This document shows, piece after piece, positions 63,002 through 64,000 of a DNA stretch of 64,000 nucleotides. Made by a program: the position numbers and the translations under genes. Position 1 is the first letter of the stretch. Each line of letters starts with the position of its first letter. The notes below the pieces were generated by a model. The model saw only the letters and a program-made list of their open reading frames with translations. It was not told where the DNA came from and did not search any database. The stretch is from an uncultured Bacteroidales bacterium (GTDB lineage: Bacteria; Bacteroidota; Bacteroidia; Bacteroidales; UBA3663), in the NCBI GenBank assembly GCA_937899265.1, contig CALBPV010000036.1, positions 2,184 to 66,183 on the forward strand, read 5' to 3'.

Positions 63002-64000
63002 TCAGCTGAACAGATTTAGTATTTTGTTTCTGAATTTTTCTATCACTGACGGCGAAGTGTTGAAGTTTTTGTGCCGCCTAAGATCCTCCAGCGTTTTCTT
63101 CTCGTCGTTGTCCAGCGTTTCGGGCACATAGACCGACACTTCGGCCACCAGGTCTCCCCTTCCGTAGCGGTTCACCGAGGGCAGGCCTTTTCCGGCCAGA
63201 CGTATCTGTGTGCCGGGCTGTGTGCCGGCTTTGACGGTCTGCCTGATGCTGCCGTCCACCAGCGGTATCTCCACCTCGCCGCCCAAAGCGGCCGTCGGGA
63301 AGTCGAGCAGGAGATTGTACAGCAGATTGTTGTCCTGCCGGATGAAGACATTTTGCTTCTCCTCCTCGATGAGCACATAGAGGTCTCCCGGGATGCCGCC
63401 CCGTCGTGCTGCGTTGCCGTAGCCCTCCATCGTGAGCTGCATTCCCTCGGCCACGCCTGCGGGGATTTTCACGTCGATGACTTTCTCTCCCAGCACGATG
63501 CCCTCTCCGTTGCAGTGCGGACAGCGGGTTCTGATTTTCTTGCCTGTGCCGCCGCAGTCGGGACAGATGCTTTCGGTCTGCATCACACCCAAGAACGTGC
63601 GTTGCATCTTGCGTATGCGGCCTTGACCGTGACATGCAGAACAGGTCTCGATGGCTGTGCCGTCCTTGGCTCCGGTACCCTGACAACGTTCGCAGCGCAC
63701 ATATTGCTTCACCTTCAAGTGTTTTTCGACACCGTTGAGCACATCTTTGAGCGACACTTTCACCCTCACACGGATGTTCGTACCGTGATTCAGCGGTGCG
63801 CCGCCCCCCTCCTCGTCTCCGAATCCGAAGCCGCTGAAGGCACTGCCCCCGCGTCCTCCGAAGAACGAATTGAAGATGTCGAAGGGATTGAAGCCTGCTC
63901 CGTCGAAACCTCCGCTGCCGGCCATCGGATCGTCGAATCCGAACTGGTCATAGCGCTGACGTTTCCGGGGGTCCGAAAGCACCTCGTATGCCTCGGCGAC
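63002..64000 (-). CDS. dnaJ: Molecular chaperone DnaJ (C-terminal approx. 330 codons; J-domain lies beyond right edge)
   Basis: Readable parts are ...AYEVLSDPRKRQRYDQFG, the G/F-rich linker, four CxxCxGxG zinc motifs (CERCQGTG, CSACHGQG, CPDCGGTG, CPHCNGEG) and the C-terminal substrate domains. The reading frame continues to position 64000. Confidence 0.93.
   Translation of the reverse strand, partial: VAEAYEVLSDPRKRQRYDQFGFDDPMAGSGGFDGAGFNPFDIFNSFFGGRGGSAFSGFGFGDEEGGGAPLNHGTNIRVRVKVSLKDVLNGVEKHLKVKQYVRCERCQGTGAKDGTAIETCSACHGQGRIRKMQRTFLGVMQTESICPDCGGTGKKIRTRCPHCNGEGIVLGEKVIDVKIPAGVAEGMQLTMEGYGNAARRGGIPGDLYVLIEEEKQNVFIRQDNNLLYNLLLDFPTAALGGEVEIPLVDGSIRQTVKAGTQPGTQIRLAGKGLPSVNRYGRGDLVAEVSVYVPETLDNDEKKTLEDLRRHKNFNTSPSVIEKFRNKILNLFS

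Overview
This 64-kb chromosomal segment looks Bacteroidales. That is an inference from TAnnTTTG -7 promoter boxes in front of most operons, the rpmB-rpmG-DUF4295 triad, many lipoprotein-type signal peptides and SusB-type glycan enzymes. All family calls come from motifs I could read in the supplied translations or my own translations; no searches were run.

The window holds about 50 protein genes (mostly minus strand), one tRNA-Gln(TTG) and one cobalamin riboswitch.

Core content, in order:
- radA, a GH13 branching enzyme, and an ECF sigma / anti-sigma / LTxxQ module
- an AddB-like nuclease, a dipeptide epimerase and MscS
- B12-dependent metH beside a riboswitch-controlled btuB-lipoprotein-btuF-btuC uptake locus
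- glmS-nagB-Na:alanine symporter, rimO-ftsY, L28/L33 and cinA
- glycan enzymes: GH2, a YesU/YetA-like protein, GH127, GH97 and a CE8-like protein
- a CoA-transferase, a dGTPase, a BASS transporter, a BspA-type LRR lipoprotein and the 3' part of dnaJ

The stand-out region is 21.3-27.1 kb, a low-GC accessory island that begins exactly where the ATPase gene of the cobalamin ABC importer would be expected. It carries:
- a 423-bp inverted-repeat-bounded element filled with 41-bp tandem palindromic repeats
- a translationally coupled GHKL-ATPase (RsbW/SpoIIAB-like) + STAS-like (DUF4325-type) gene pair with no sigma factor nearby; this is my best candidate for an undescribed conflict/defence module
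- an AAA+/DUF4143 ATPase preceded by 32-bp iterons
- an AbiL-like AAA_21 ATPase + RloB pair

Other oddities:
- a compound heptanucleotide microsatellite at 50.5 kb
- an uncharacterised operon with a nucleotidyltransferase-aminotransferase fusion and an opine-dehydrogenase-like gene
- a transposase start remnant
- several apparently leaderless genes
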